NCBI GenBank assembly: GCA_977020255.1
Contig: CDROCS010000506.1
Span: 3,596,001-3,660,000 of the forward strand
Direction: 5' to 3'
DNA from: Obrimoposthia wandeli
Taxonomy: Eukaryota
Length of the DNA stretch: 64,000 nucleotides
Below the pieces are notes generated by a model. It was given only the letters and a program-made list of their open reading frames with translations. It was not told the DNA's origin and ran no database searches. Shown here one piece after another: positions 41,442-51,656 of the stretch (position 1 is its first letter; each line of letters starts with the position of its first letter). A program made the translations under genes and the position numbers.

Positions 41442-42383
41442 TTATCTACCCTTACTCTTATCTTGCTTATTTTTGATCTGGCTAAGTAATGACTCACCGC
41501 TACTGATTTTATGATGACGAATACCGTATCGATTCATGACTTGTCTTAAAGCTTGTTGTTTCACATCAGCGTGTTGTTGATATTTTTCACGGCTACTTGC
41601 GTCACCTGGACTAACAAAACCATGTTGTTGACCGTCGGATACAGCAAGACGCACATTGGCAGTAATCTCAGGCAGGGATAATTCTAAAGGATCAAAAATT
41701 TGCCACGCCTCGACTTCATTATGACGTTTTAATAATGCTAATTGCTTTTGCGCTTTGTCATCAAGATTCAGAAAATCACTGATGATCATGATATGGCTAC
41801 CGGTTTTACACAGTATACGTAAACGGGTGAGGGCACCTGTCAGCGATTCTGGCGTTGCGGCGTCATTGCTATTGACTACATTTGTCTGGTGAAGTTGGGC
41901 GTTATGTAGGCTAACTGTCTGACTGAGTAATTGCATAATACCGCGTTGTTGACGCTGGGGTTTTAATTCTTTGTGGCCAAATTCGCCAATGATAATACCG
42001 CCCACACGATCACTTTTGTGCTTTGTTGCCCAAGCCAATAATGCAGTTAGGTGGCAAGCCTGTACCGATTTTAATCGATACTGACTACCAAAATACATGC
42101 TCGATGACAGATCAAGTAATACATATACAGGGCGCTCTTTTTCTTCACTGAATAATTTACAGTAAGTTTTGCCGGTACGGGCGGTAATACGCCAGTCAAT
42201 ACTGCGGATGTCATCACCGGGTTGGTATTGACGACATTCACTAAATTCCATACCGCGACCTTTGATTGGCGACAGGTGACCGCCCGCAAGTTGTGCTCTT
42301 GCTAAGGTCTTATTCGCCAATACACTGTTGGTTTGGTAGCTGTATTGTTGTAGTTCTTTTAGCGTAACTTCGATTGCTGACAT
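41442..42383 (-). CDS. DUF58 family protein
   Basis: GRGMEFSECRQYQPGDDIRSIDWRITAR, EEKER, DLSSSMYFGS, IISDF. Confidence 0.92.
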   Translation of the reverse strand: MSAIEVTLKELQQYSYQTNSVLANKTLARAQLAGGHLSPIKGRGMEFSECRQYQPGDDIRSIDWRITARTGKTYCKLFSEEKERPVYVLLDLSSSMYFGSQYRLKSVQACHLTALLAWATKHKSDRVGGIIIGEFGHKELKPQRQQRGIMQLLSQTVSLHNAQLHQTNVVNSNDAATPESLTGALTRLRILCKTGSHIMIISDFLNLDDKAQKQLALLKRHNEVEAWQIFDPLELSLPEITANVRLAVSDGQQHGFVSPGDASSREKYQQHADVKQQALRQVMNRYGIRHHKISSGESLLSQIKNKQDKSKGR

Positions 42384-42396
42384 AGACTAACTCAGT

Positions 42397-43353
42397 TTAC
42401 GAAAATGCAATTAATGACAGGATGCGGTCAATAACTTGGTTTGCGGTAATACCGTCTGCTTCAGCTTCAAAGCTCAGTAATAAGCGATGGCGTAAAATTG
42501 GATATAGACACGTCTGGATATCTTCCGGTAATACATGGTCACGGCCGTTTAACCAAGCGCGGGCGCGTACACAGCGAGCAAGGGAAATAGTCGCACGTGG
42601 ACTGGCACCAAAGGTGATCCAACTGGCAAGCTGTGCATCTAATGTATCTGGATTACGGGTTGCCATAATCAAATCGACAAGATAATGCTCAAGCGCAGGG
42701 GCTAGGTGGATGTTAAGCACTTCTGTTCGCGCTTGCATGATTGCTTGCTGACTTATTTTCGTTATAGGTGCACTGGTGCTTTGTTGTGCTTCTTGTGTTG
42801 TTAAACGCAAAATTTGTAATTCAGTGTCTTTATCTGGGTAATCAATTTCCAAATGTAGCATGAAACGATCGAGCTGGGCTTCCGGTAATGGATAGGTACC
42901 TTCTTGCTCAATTGGGTTCTGCGTTGCCATTACCATAAACAGCTTTGGTAATAACATGGTTTTGTTGCCAACCGTTATCTGCTGTTCGGCCATAGCTTCT
43001 AATAGCGCAGACTGTACCTTAGCAGGTGCACGATTAATCTCGTCTGCCAGTACGATGTTGTGAAACAGAGGGCCAGGTTGAAAATCAAAGGTTCCAGTTT
43101 CGGCGCGATAGATATCTGTACCGGTTAAATCGGCGGGTAGTAAATCAGGTGTGAACTGAATGCGATGGAAGTTGGCTTCCAAACTCTCGGCAAGTGCTTT
43201 AACTGCACGGGTTTTGGCTAATCCTGGTGGACCTTCTACTAAGATGTGACCATCGGCGAGTAGCGCGATTAATAAATTGTCGACAAGTTTTGCTTGTCCA
43301 AGAATTTGGCTATTAAGGTAGCCGCGTAATTGATTAAAATTTGATTTTGGCAT
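42397..43353 (-). CDS. moxR: MoxR family AAA+ ATPase
   Basis: GPPGLAKT, RIQFTPDLLPAD, LADEINRA, ATQNPIEQEGTYPLPEAQLDRF. Confidence 0.96.
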   Translation of the reverse strand: MPKSNFNQLRGYLNSQILGQAKLVDNLLIALLADGHILVEGPPGLAKTRAVKALAESLEANFHRIQFTPDLLPADLTGTDIYRAETGTFDFQPGPLFHNIVLADEINRAPAKVQSALLEAMAEQQITVGNKTMLLPKLFMVMATQNPIEQEGTYPLPEAQLDRFMLHLEIDYPDKDTELQILRLTTQEAQQSTSAPITKISQQAIMQARTEVLNIHLAPALEHYLVDLIMATRNPDTLDAQLASWITFGASPRATISLARCVRARAWLNGRDHVLPEDIQTCLYPILRHRLLLSFEAEADGITANQVIDRILSLIAFS

Positions 43354-43631
43354 AATTATCTATCGCATAAAGTTAATATAAACACTAGTTTACCGACAAT
43401 TGATTAACTGTAAAAGTTCAAACTTATTTTATAATGCGCTTTTACACATCTTTATAAATAGCGTTTATAAAGGTTTTACAGAACTTTACTGGTAATGACT
43501 ATTTTAGCGTGTAAATGGTGGGTAATATATCTACAGATAAAACTTGTTTAGGTTGTTATGACTACTATTTAGGATTATTTTTTCATACAATATTTTTTTT
43601 AGGTCACAGTTCTAAGATGAAAGACTCAAAT

Positions 43632-43649
43632 TTCAAACTAATGTTTGAA
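43632..43649. promoter_or_regulatory. PsrA-type palindrome upstream of fadI
   Basis: TTCAAAC-TAAT-GTTTGAA perfect inverted repeat; PsrA assignment is from recalled consensus. Confidence 0.55.
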
Positions 43650-43684
43650 TATTGTGACCAAAAGGTTAATATTGACTTAATTTT

Positions 43685-43701
43685 ATGAGGTCTGACCTCT
43701 C
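43685..43701. promoter_or_regulatory. FadR operator upstream of fadI
   Basis: ATGAGGTCTGACCTCTC, 17 bp with GGTCnGACC core. Confidence 0.7.
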
Positions 43702-43726
43702 TTACTTAACGGAATGAGGATAAGTG

Positions 43727-45037
43727 ATGGCTAAACCACAAAGCCTAACCACCCGCAACGGCGATCGTATCGCGGTGGTCACTGGATTACGTACCCCGTT
43801 TGCTAAACAAGCAACAGCGTTTCATGGGGTTCCAGCATTAGATTTAGGCAAAATGGTTGTTAATGAGATGCTTACTCGTAACGACATTGATCCTAAAATT
43901 GTTCAGCAAGTTGTATTTGGACAAGTAGTTCAAATGCCGGAAGCGCCAAACATTGCGCGTGAAATTGTATTAGGCACTGGTATGGACATCGGTACTGATG
44001 CATACAGTGTATCGCGTGCATGTGCGACAAGTTTCCAAGCTATTTCAAACGTGACCGAGTCTATTATGGCTGGTTCGATTGACTGTGGTATTGCTGGTGG
44101 TGCTGATTCATCTTCAGTTGTACCAATTGGCGTATCTAAAAAACTAGCTCATCAGTTAATTAACTTGAGCAAAGCGAAGACAACGAGCGATAAATTAAAG
44201 ATTGCCCGTCAGTTAAGCTTGAAAGATTTATTACCTGTCGCACCGGCTGTTTCAGAATACAGTACTGGTATCACGATGGGACAGACTGCAGAGCAAATGG
44301 CTAAGTCTTATAGCATTACGCGTCAAGCGCAAGACGAATTTGCTCATCGCTCTCACTCTCTTGCAGCTAAAGCATGGGAAGAAGGCAAGTTGAAAGATGA
44401 AGTTATGACGGCTTATCCAGAGCCTATGAAGTCATTTATTTCTGAAGATAACAACATTCGTAAAAACTCGACAGTTGAAGGTTACGCTAAATTGCGTCCT
44501 GCATTTGACCGTAAACACGGTACTGTTACTGCTGCAACAAGTACGCCACTAACAGATGGCGCTGCTGCGGTATTACTAATGAGTGAAGGTCGTGCGAAAG
44601 AACTGGGTCTAGAAGTACTTGGTTATATTCGTAGCTATGCTTACGCTGCTGTACCTGCTGATGTTGATGGTCTAATTGGCCCATCTTATGCGATACCTGA
44701 AGCGTTAGATCGTGCTGGTATTAAATTCGATGATTTAGCATTGTTTGATATGCATGAAGCATTTGCTGCACAGACATTAGCAAACATAAAATGTCTAGAA
44801 TCTGATACGTTTGCCCAAGAAAAATTAGGCCGTTCAGAGCGCGTTGCTACTATTGATGAAAGCAAATTCAATGTACTCGGTGGTTCACTTGCATATGGTC
44901 ACCCATTTGCAGCAACTGGTGCACGTATGATCACGCAAACATTACATGAATTAAAACGTCGTGGTGGTGGTCTAGGATTAACAGCTGCGTGTGCTGCTGG
45001 TGGTCTTGGTGTAGCAATGATTGTGGAGAGTGCGTAA
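43727..45037 (+). CDS. fadI: 3-ketoacyl-CoA thiolase FadI
   Basis: [37 protein letters not shown]; ATG at 43727 preferred by GAGGA spacing. Confidence 0.96.
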   Translation: MAKPQSLTTRNGDRIAVVTGLRTPFAKQATAFHGVPALDLGKMVVNEMLTRNDIDPKIVQQVVFGQVVQMPEAPNIAREIVLGTGMDIGTDAYSVSRACATSFQAISNVTESIMAGSIDCGIAGGADSSSVVPIGVSKKLAHQLINLSKAKTTSDKLKIARQLSLKDLLPVAPAVSEYSTGITMGQTAEQMAKSYSITRQAQDEFAHRSHSLAAKAWEEGKLKDEVMTAYPEPMKSFISEDNNIRKNSTVEGYAKLRPAFDRKHGTVTAATSTPLTDGAAAVLLMSEGRAKELGLEVLGYIRSYAYAAVPADVDGLIGPSYAIPEALDRAGIKFDDLALFDMHEAFAAQTLANIKCLESDTFAQEKLGRSERVATIDESKFNVLGGSLAYGHPFAATGARMITQTLHELKRRGGGLGLTAACAAGGLGVAMIVESA

Positions 45038-47169
45038 TGAGTCAGCAAGATAAAACATTTTCACTTGAGATCCGTGAAGATAAAATTGGCGTTCTAACAA
45101 TGGACGTACCCGGCGAAACGATGAACACTTTACGTGCTGAGTTCGCTGATGAAATTTCTGATTTGATGAAAGAGATCAAATCAAACTCAGATCTACAAGG
45201 TCTAGTCCTGATCAGTGGTAAGAAAGACAGCTTTGTTGCTGGCGCTGACGTGACTATGATTGATGCATGTGAAACAGCTGCAGACGCAGAACAGTTATCA
45301 CTTGAAGGTCACCGCGTTATGGGTGAACTGGAAGCATTAAACATTCCTGTTGTTGCTGCTATCCACGGTCCTTGTCTAGGTGGTGGTTTAGAGCTAGCAC
45401 TGGCATGTCATATCCGTGTATGTACAGAAAGCACTAAAACAGTATTAGGTGTACCAGAAGTGATGTTAGGTCTATTACCTGGCAGTGGTGGTACTCAACG
45501 TCTACCGCGTTTAATCGGTGTAGCTAAATCACTTGATTTGATGCTTACTGGTAAACAAGTTCGTGGTAAACAAGCGCTGAAAATGGGCCTTGTTGATGAA
45601 GTTGTACCGGAAACTGTATTGCTTGAAGTTGCGGTTAAACTAGCGAAAAAAGGTAAGTTCAAACGTGAATTGAAACGTGATCTTACGAGTAAGCTTTTAG
45701 AAACAAATAAATTTGGTCGTAACATCATGTTCGATCAAGCTGCAAAGCAAACGTTCTCTAAAACACGTGGTAACTACCCAGCACCTGAAGCCATTCTAGA
45801 AGTGGTTAAAGTAGGTCAAGAAAAAGGTTTTGAAGCAGGTTTAAAACTTGAAGCAAAACGTTTTGCTGAATTAGCAATGACATCTGAATCTGCATGTCTA
45901 CGTGGCATTTTCTTTGCTACCACAGAGATGAAGAAAGAAGACGGCGTTGAAGGTGTTGCACCGAAGAAAGTGAAAAAAGCAATCGTACTTGGTGGTGGTT
46001 TAATGGGTGGCGGTATCGCTAACGTTACAGCTACTAAAGCGAAAGTACCTGTGCGAATTAAAGATATCGCGCCACAAGGTCTGCTTAACGCACAAAAATA
46101 CACGTATGACATTCTAAACAAGAAAGTTAAACGTCGCTTTATGTCTAAAGCTGAAATGCAAAGTCAACTTGCTATGATCACAGGTACTACTGAGTACACT
46201 GGTGTGAAGAGTGCTGACATTGTGATTGAAGCGGTATTTGAAGATCTTAAATTGAAGCACCAAATGGTTGCTGATATTGAAGCTAACTGTAACGAAAATA
46301 CTATTTTCGCATCAAATACGTCTTCTTTACCTATCACGCAAATTGCATCTGAAGCGAAGCGTCCTGAAAACGTAATTGGTTTACATTACTTCAGCCCTGT
46401 GGACAAAATGCCACTTGCTGAAATTATTACGCATGAAGGCACGTCTGACCAAACTATCTCTACAACAGTTGAATTTGCGCGTAAGCAAGGCAAAACGCCA
46501 ATCGTTGTTAAAGATGGTGCTGGTTTCTATGTAAACCGTATTCTTGCGCCTTACATGAACGAAGCTGCACGTATTATTTTAGAACAAGAGCCTATCGAAG
46601 CAGTTGATAAAGCCCTTGTTGATTTTGGTTTCCCTGTTGGTCCTGTAACACTTCTTGATGAAGTTGGTATCGATGTTGGTGCTAAGATCGGTCCAATCTT
46701 AACGAAAGAGCTAGGTAGCCGTTTTGAAGCACCTGCAGCGTTCGATAAGTTATTGGCTGATGATCGTAAAGGTCGTAAGAACGAGAAAGGTTTCTATCTA
46801 TACGGTAAGAAAGCCAAGAAGGGTAAAAAGCAAGTTGATGAATCAATCTACAAGCTATTTAACCTGAAACCTGAAGCAACAATGGATCCTAAAGCACTTG
46901 CAGAACGTGCAGTATTATTAATGCTGAACGAAGCTGCGCGTTGTCTTGATGAAGGTATCCTACGTAGCGCACGTGATGGTGACATCGGTGCAATCTTCGG
47001 TATTGGTTTCCCACCATTCCTAGGTGGTCCATTCCACTATATGGATTCTATCGGTATTGCTGCACTTGTTGACAAGCTAGAACGTCATCAAGATAAATAC
47101 GGCGAGCGTTTTGCGCCGTGTGCATTGCTTCAAGCAATGGCGAAAGAAGGTAAAAAATTCTATAACTAA
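45037..47169 (+). CDS. fadJ: Fatty acid oxidation complex alpha subunit FadJ
   Basis: [47 protein letters not shown]; start corrected to the TAATG overlap with fadI. Confidence 0.96.
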   Translation: MSQQDKTFSLEIREDKIGVLTMDVPGETMNTLRAEFADEISDLMKEIKSNSDLQGLVLISGKKDSFVAGADVTMIDACETAADAEQLSLEGHRVMGELEALNIPVVAAIHGPCLGGGLELALACHIRVCTESTKTVLGVPEVMLGLLPGSGGTQRLPRLIGVAKSLDLMLTGKQVRGKQALKMGLVDEVVPETVLLEVAVKLAKKGKFKRELKRDLTSKLLETNKFGRNIMFDQAAKQTFSKTRGNYPAPEAILEVVKVGQEKGFEAGLKLEAKRFAELAMTSESACLRGIFFATTEMKKEDGVEGVAPKKVKKAIVLGGGLMGGGIANVTATKAKVPVRIKDIAPQGLLNAQKYTYDILNKKVKRRFMSKAEMQSQLAMITGTTEYTGVKSADIVIEAVFEDLKLKHQMVADIEANCNENTIFASNTSSLPITQIASEAKRPENVIGLHYFSPVDKMPLAEIITHEGTSDQTISTTVEFARKQGKTPIVVKDGAGFYVNRILAPYMNEAARIILEQEPIEAVDKALVDFGFPVGPVTLLDEVGIDVGAKIGPILTKELGSRFEAPAAFDKLLADDRKGRKNEKGFYLYGKKAKKGKKQVDESIYKLFNLKPEATMDPKALAERAVLLMLNEAARCLDEGILRSARDGDIGAIFGIGFPPFLGGPFHYMDSIGIAALVDKLERHQDKYGERFAPCALLQAMAKEGKKFYN

Positions 47170-47214
47170 TCGCGTCATGCATTAGCTTATACAATTTACT
47201 TGTTTATAAAAAAT

Positions 47215-47252
47215 AAAGCGGCGTTAGATGTAAATCTAACGCCGCTTTTTTT
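47215..47252 (+). terminator. Intrinsic terminator of fadIJ
   Basis: AAAGCGGCGTTAGAT-GTAA-ATCTAACGCCGCTTT plus T-run. Confidence 0.9.
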
Positions 47253-47372
47253 GTAACTTATTTTTGCGTGATTAGGCTATATAGAGTGGAATGCTAGCAT
47301 TCTAGTATCATTTCTATTGAAGTCCCGAACATCGTTATGCTCGGGCTGTATAGTAATGGTTATCTATTATAA

Positions 47373-47951
47373 TTAATTAGAGATCAGCATGTTGATAATT
47401 GAATTATCAATTTCATTAATGTACACCCCTTCACCATAAGTCCAACCCCAAGGTGAAAAATACTGAGAGTAAGATATTTTGAGCTGCTGTTCTCGGTTGG
47501 TATTACCGTAATAAAAATAAGATGAATAGCCAGCATTATGTCTGTATATGGCTTCAGTACGTAATAATTGGTATAGTTTTACGTCATTAACATTAATCTC
47601 ATGTTTGACATTTTTATTGAGTATCGCGACATTATTCATTGATTCTAGAAGAAGATAATCATCGTTAAAAACAAAAACATAATTCTTACTTCTAAAATTG
47701 ATTTGATGAATTTCTTTAATCGACTTTTGCTGTGCTTCAACAAGATTTAGCTTTCCGTCAAGGTAGCCTTGGTAATGACGATTGATCAGAGTCTCGACAA
47801 ATTTAATATTAGGTTCCAACCCATATCGTTGCTGTTCAATGACATTACAACGGACATATAAAAAATAGCGAGTGCTTAACACAATAAATAGTGACGATAA
47901 ACTTACTGCTATTAATAGCAGCTTTTTTTTCAGTGAAATTGTGCTTAACAT
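47373..47951 (-). pseudogene. Single Cache-2 sensor domain with one TM and no output domain (probable truncated chemoreceptor)
   Basis: N-terminal TM, NYVFVF, KISYSQYFSPWGWTYGEGVYINEI, then stop before a second TM. Confidence 0.6.
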
Positions 47952-48263
47952 TTTATTAATCTCATGGACGTTACAGCCTATTGTTCATTCACATTACGTA
48001 GGTATTATGTGGTTGCTGCATTGATATTACTTTTATATTGTATTGATATTATGTTAAGGGCCGTCTATTCATTAATTGTGAATGCAAGGGACTTTGTCGT
48101 ACCATCGTACAAGCCTTCACTCTTCCTGTGAACATAATGGGGATCCCCACTAGTCATTCAATTAGTTACTTTATAGATGTATATTGACTTCGTTTAACTA
48201 AGCTGTTGTAGTTAAATGTCTATCTAACATAACGACATTTATCATAATGAAAAAGGAATTACT

Positions 48264-48635
48264 ATGCTCAGCTATGCAACAATAGGTGTAACGGATTTAG
48301 AAAATTCAGAAGCTTTTTATAATGCATTATTGGCCCCAATAGGCGCTAAAACATTAATGAAAATGGAGCGTATTATATTCATTGGTAAGAGTATGGAAGA
48401 ACCTATGCTTGCCATTTGTATTCCGTACGATAAAGAAGAGCAACACGCAGGTAACGGCAATATGTTAGCTATTGCGCCGGGCTCAAAAGAACAATGTGAA
48501 GAACTGTATCATAAGGCAATTGCTTTGGGTGCAACCTGTGATGGTGAACCTGGACAACGAATTCCTGACGTTTTTTATGGCGCTTACTTCCGTGATTTAG
48601 ATGGTAATAAAATTGCTTTAAATCACTTTGGTTAA
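48264..48635 (+). CDS. VOC/glyoxalase family protein
   Basis: YATIGVTDL, GNGNMLAI, DGEPGQR, FYGAYFRDLDGNKI. Confidence 0.9.
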   Translation: MLSYATIGVTDLENSEAFYNALLAPIGAKTLMKMERIIFIGKSMEEPMLAICIPYDKEEQHAGNGNMLAIAPGSKEQCEELYHKAIALGATCDGEPGQRIPDVFYGAYFRDLDGNKIALNHFG

Positions 48636-48739
48636 CAGATGTATCGCCCCAAACTAATCTAGGGCTGGAACAGTCCCGTCGTTATTTAGCCTCACCGTTT
48701 ATATCAAATAAAACAGGGGCTATTTAACAATAGAAATAA

Positions 48740-49189
48740 CTAACAGCTCACCGATGTGGTCACTGGATCACCATTAATGCCAACCGCAATTTTAATACCT
48801 GAATCGCCAGTGCAATAACGAATGGTATTACCTTTTGCGATAGTGCCATTAGCCCTAAATATGATTGTAGCGGTACCTGGCGCAGTGAAAGAGAGTCGTG
48901 AACTAGTGTCCGTTGACACCGTTGTTTTATTGATAATCTCGGCAGCCGCAGTCATGCTTGTTGCTAAAGTGAGGGTATTATTCGATGTTGTCATATACAA
49001 CATACGATTATGCGCCATAGCAGTACTTTTAGCGTAATTGAGAGCGTTATTTATTAGCGTCGATGCATCGTCAATACGGCTTTGTTGTACGGTTTTTTGG
49101 TAACTGGGTATGCCGATACCAATGAGTATCGCGAAAATAGAAATGGTGATCATTAATTCGATGAGGGTAAAACCGACAGACTTGTTCAT
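48740..49189 (-). CDS. FimT/GspH-like minor type IV pilin
   Basis: MNKSVG/FTLIELMITISIFAIL prepilin site with Glu+5; C-terminal Cys pair; start moved to 49189. Confidence 0.88.
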   Translation of the reverse strand: MNKSVGFTLIELMITISIFAILIGIGIPSYQKTVQQSRIDDASTLINNALNYAKSTAMAHNRMLYMTTSNNTLTLATSMTAAAEIINKTTVSTDTSSRLSFTAPGTATIIFRANGTIAKGNTIRYCTGDSGIKIAVGINGDPVTTSVSC

Positions 49190-49238
49190 TCTTTTACATC
49201 CTTGTAAAGAAACCAATTATCAAATTTTATGTTAGCAC

Positions 49239-51410
49239 TTATGTGTTCATTAGCCTATTACTGACAAACATAATTGTATTGCGTGATTGTGCTTTAGCCT
49301 TGTATAGCTGCTCATCGGCAATCGCTAATAATTGCTCAAAACTGATATTAGTGCCCGCATGCTGCTTGGAATTAAAATGCTGGCCACCGATAGTTAAGGT
49401 TAACCTATCGCTACATTGTGATTCCGGATTAGCTAAGTTACGTTTATAGAGTGCTTCCTGAAGCTTGCGATACTTATTTTCGATAGATTCATGGGTTTGA
49501 TTTACATGTAAAAATAAGAACTCATCGCCGCCGTAACGGAACAAGTGATCATCACTGGTATTGAATTGTTGTTGTGCCAGCTTACTGACTTCGACCAAGG
49601 CTAAGTCACCTTGCTGGTGGCCGTGAAAATCGTTGTAGCTTTTATAATAATCAATATCAATCATCACCACCGACAAGGTCGCAGTGCTATCTACTGTCGC
49701 AGAGTTATCTAATAGTGCGGAGATAAAGTCTGTTTCAGTGTGGTTTAAATGATAACGATTATATAAACCGGTGAGAGCATCAATACGAGTCAATTCATCG
49801 AGCTTGCGGTTCATCTGTTGCAGTGCAAAACGTTGTTTTTGATTTTCGAGTGATACGGCAATAAAACTCGCGAGTTGTTCAATTAGCTTGCAGTGATATT
49901 GATGGTACTGACTTTGCTTATGATGCTGTAGTGATAAAATACCCAAGATCTTATTTTCAATAATAATAGGTGTAATGACGATAGATTGGATCGGTTCACC
50001 TTTATCGACAATCACATATTCATTTTTACCGCTTTCTAAGTGAGATGATCCACCTAATAAGTTATCTAGAATAGTCATATCAATAGTATTTAAATGCACT
50101 GTTTTTTTGTTGGCTATTGCATATCCACCAACACTTTTTGTTTTGGCACAATCAACACTTGCAGAGGGCATTAAGCCGTCTTTATCAACGAAATAATCAT
50201 AATGTAAGATGTTATTTTTATTGTCGTATAAGGCAATACCAAACTCGTCAGCGGAAACAAGGGTATTTATTTTGATGAAGATATCTTCCAAACAAGTGGT
50301 TATATCGGTTGTTGTAGCAATTTGTTGGCCAATTTCAGTAATAATATTTAGGTGTTCTTGCATTTTATCTATGATCAAATGATCTTGTGCTATTTCCAAT
50401 TTCTCACGCTGCTTTAAAATACCGAGACTTTCTTTTTCTCTGAGTACATCTATTTCTTGGTTAGCACAGGTTATTTGTTGTTGCTGTGATTTAATTAAAT
50501 TAGCCTTTTCTTGTTGCTTCGCGAGTAAAGCATGATAAACGTCCCACAAAATAGAGTAGGTGGCGTACATCGGTTTATTGTCGATAATCGCAATGACTTT
50601 TTTACATTGCTTAAGCGCTTCTTTATCTCGGTCTTTATCTGCTAAGTATTTGGCAAAATAGATACAGTTTTCGATATAATTAAATTGATCTGTGATCTTG
50701 GTGAAGATTGTATCGGCGATATTGAAATGATCGTAAATGATGGCATCATCGGCCGTATTTTGCATCGCTAGAACGCGGGCTAAATAACCATGGGTGAGTG
50801 CTGTATTACGCTCACTGCCACAGATGTCGGCATTAATCATGGCGTCTTTTAATATCAATACCGCGTCATCAAATTGGTCTAAATAGGCCATGGCTAAGCC
50901 GCAGTTCAACTGGCATATCATAAGGTTGGAATTATTATGGCTGGTTTGGGAGGCTTGTATGCCTTTTTTAGCTAACAATACAGCGTCACTATATTGTTTT
51001 ATATAAAGGTGTAAATCACTAAAATTGGTATAAGCCAATGACAGTGAATTTTCATCTAAGCGGTGAGAATGCTCGAGCACATGTGAGAAATAACGCATAG
51101 ATGCATGAAAATCATTTTTTTCAACGGATAATGATCCAAGGTTGATGTGCGCATGCAATTGTAATAATAACTCTTCATCTGTACATAACGCGATACATTC
51201 TATAAATGTCGTAATGGCAAGATCGGTTTGACCATGACGCTCACATTTATAAGCAGCCATAAAACGCGATAGGGCGGGTGGCAAAATAAAGTTATGCTCA
51301 CTGCAGATCTGATCGATATCACTGAATACTTGTTGTAATCCTGCTTGAGTTGGATAGCACTGTAAACGGATCAGTTTTGAAATAATACTTGAGTGAGCAA
51401 CATTAACCAT
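49239..51410 (-). CDS. TPR + GAF + GGDEF diguanylate cyclase
   Basis: Helical repeat N-terminus, GAF (SIVITPII...LGILSLQ), DALTGLYNR, RYGGDEF; no RxxD inhibitory site. Confidence 0.88.
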   Translation of the reverse strand: MVNVAHSSIISKLIRLQCYPTQAGLQQVFSDIDQICSEHNFILPPALSRFMAAYKCERHGQTDLAITTFIECIALCTDEELLLQLHAHINLGSLSVEKNDFHASMRYFSHVLEHSHRLDENSLSLAYTNFSDLHLYIKQYSDAVLLAKKGIQASQTSHNNSNLMICQLNCGLAMAYLDQFDDAVLILKDAMINADICGSERNTALTHGYLARVLAMQNTADDAIIYDHFNIADTIFTKITDQFNYIENCIYFAKYLADKDRDKEALKQCKKVIAIIDNKPMYATYSILWDVYHALLAKQQEKANLIKSQQQQITCANQEIDVLREKESLGILKQREKLEIAQDHLIIDKMQEHLNIITEIGQQIATTTDITTCLEDIFIKINTLVSADEFGIALYDNKNNILHYDYFVDKDGLMPSASVDCAKTKSVGGYAIANKKTVHLNTIDMTILDNLLGGSSHLESGKNEYVIVDKGEPIQSIVITPIIIENKILGILSLQHHKQSQYHQYHCKLIEQLASFIAVSLENQKQRFALQQMNRKLDELTRIDALTGLYNRYHLNHTETDFISALLDNSATVDSTATLSVVMIDIDYYKSYNDFHGHQQGDLALVEVSKLAQQQFNTSDDHLFRYGGDEFLFLHVNQTHESIENKYRKLQEALYKRNLANPESQCSDRLTLTIGGQHFNSKQHAGTNISFEQLLAIADEQLYKAKAQSRNTIMFVSNRLMNT

Positions 51411-51508
51411 TAAATCTAACCTGTACCTTATCGGAAACGCTAAGCGGGTGATAAATAGTTAAGATGTTACGGTATGTCTTATATTAGGCAAGGATTTAGA
51501 ATTGGAAT

Positions 51509-51530
51509 TATAGTGATCTATATCTCATAA
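51509..51530. promoter_or_regulatory. Candidate CRP site upstream of the TPR-GAF-GGDEF gene
   Basis: tatAGTGAtctataTCTCAtaa, 8/10 core match. Confidence 0.45.
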
Positions 51531-51604
51531 ATCACGGCTTATAACATTTGTAGTTATGTCATAAAGATAAATATTAACAACTGTATTGACGGTAAAATTA
51601 AAGC

Positions 51605-51632
51605 AAAAAAATGAGCGCTGATGCGCTCATTT
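51605..51632 (-). terminator. Intrinsic terminator of the acyl-CoA reductase gene
   Basis: AAAAAAATGAGCGC-TGAT-GCGCTCATTTT; A-run gives a U-tail on the minus strand. Confidence 0.8.
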
Positions 51633-51656
51633 TATATCAATATTCTGTATTAGTGA

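Noticed and set aside
36252-43353. moxR-DUF58-DUF4381-batA-batB/C-batD as a novel system
   Set aside because: Widespread, previously described operon type; only the VNTR is unusual here
44989-45036. Track N-terminal extension of FadJ (MCCWWSW...)
   Set aside because: Overlaps the fadI coding end; the TAATG-coupled ATG at 45037 is the plausible start
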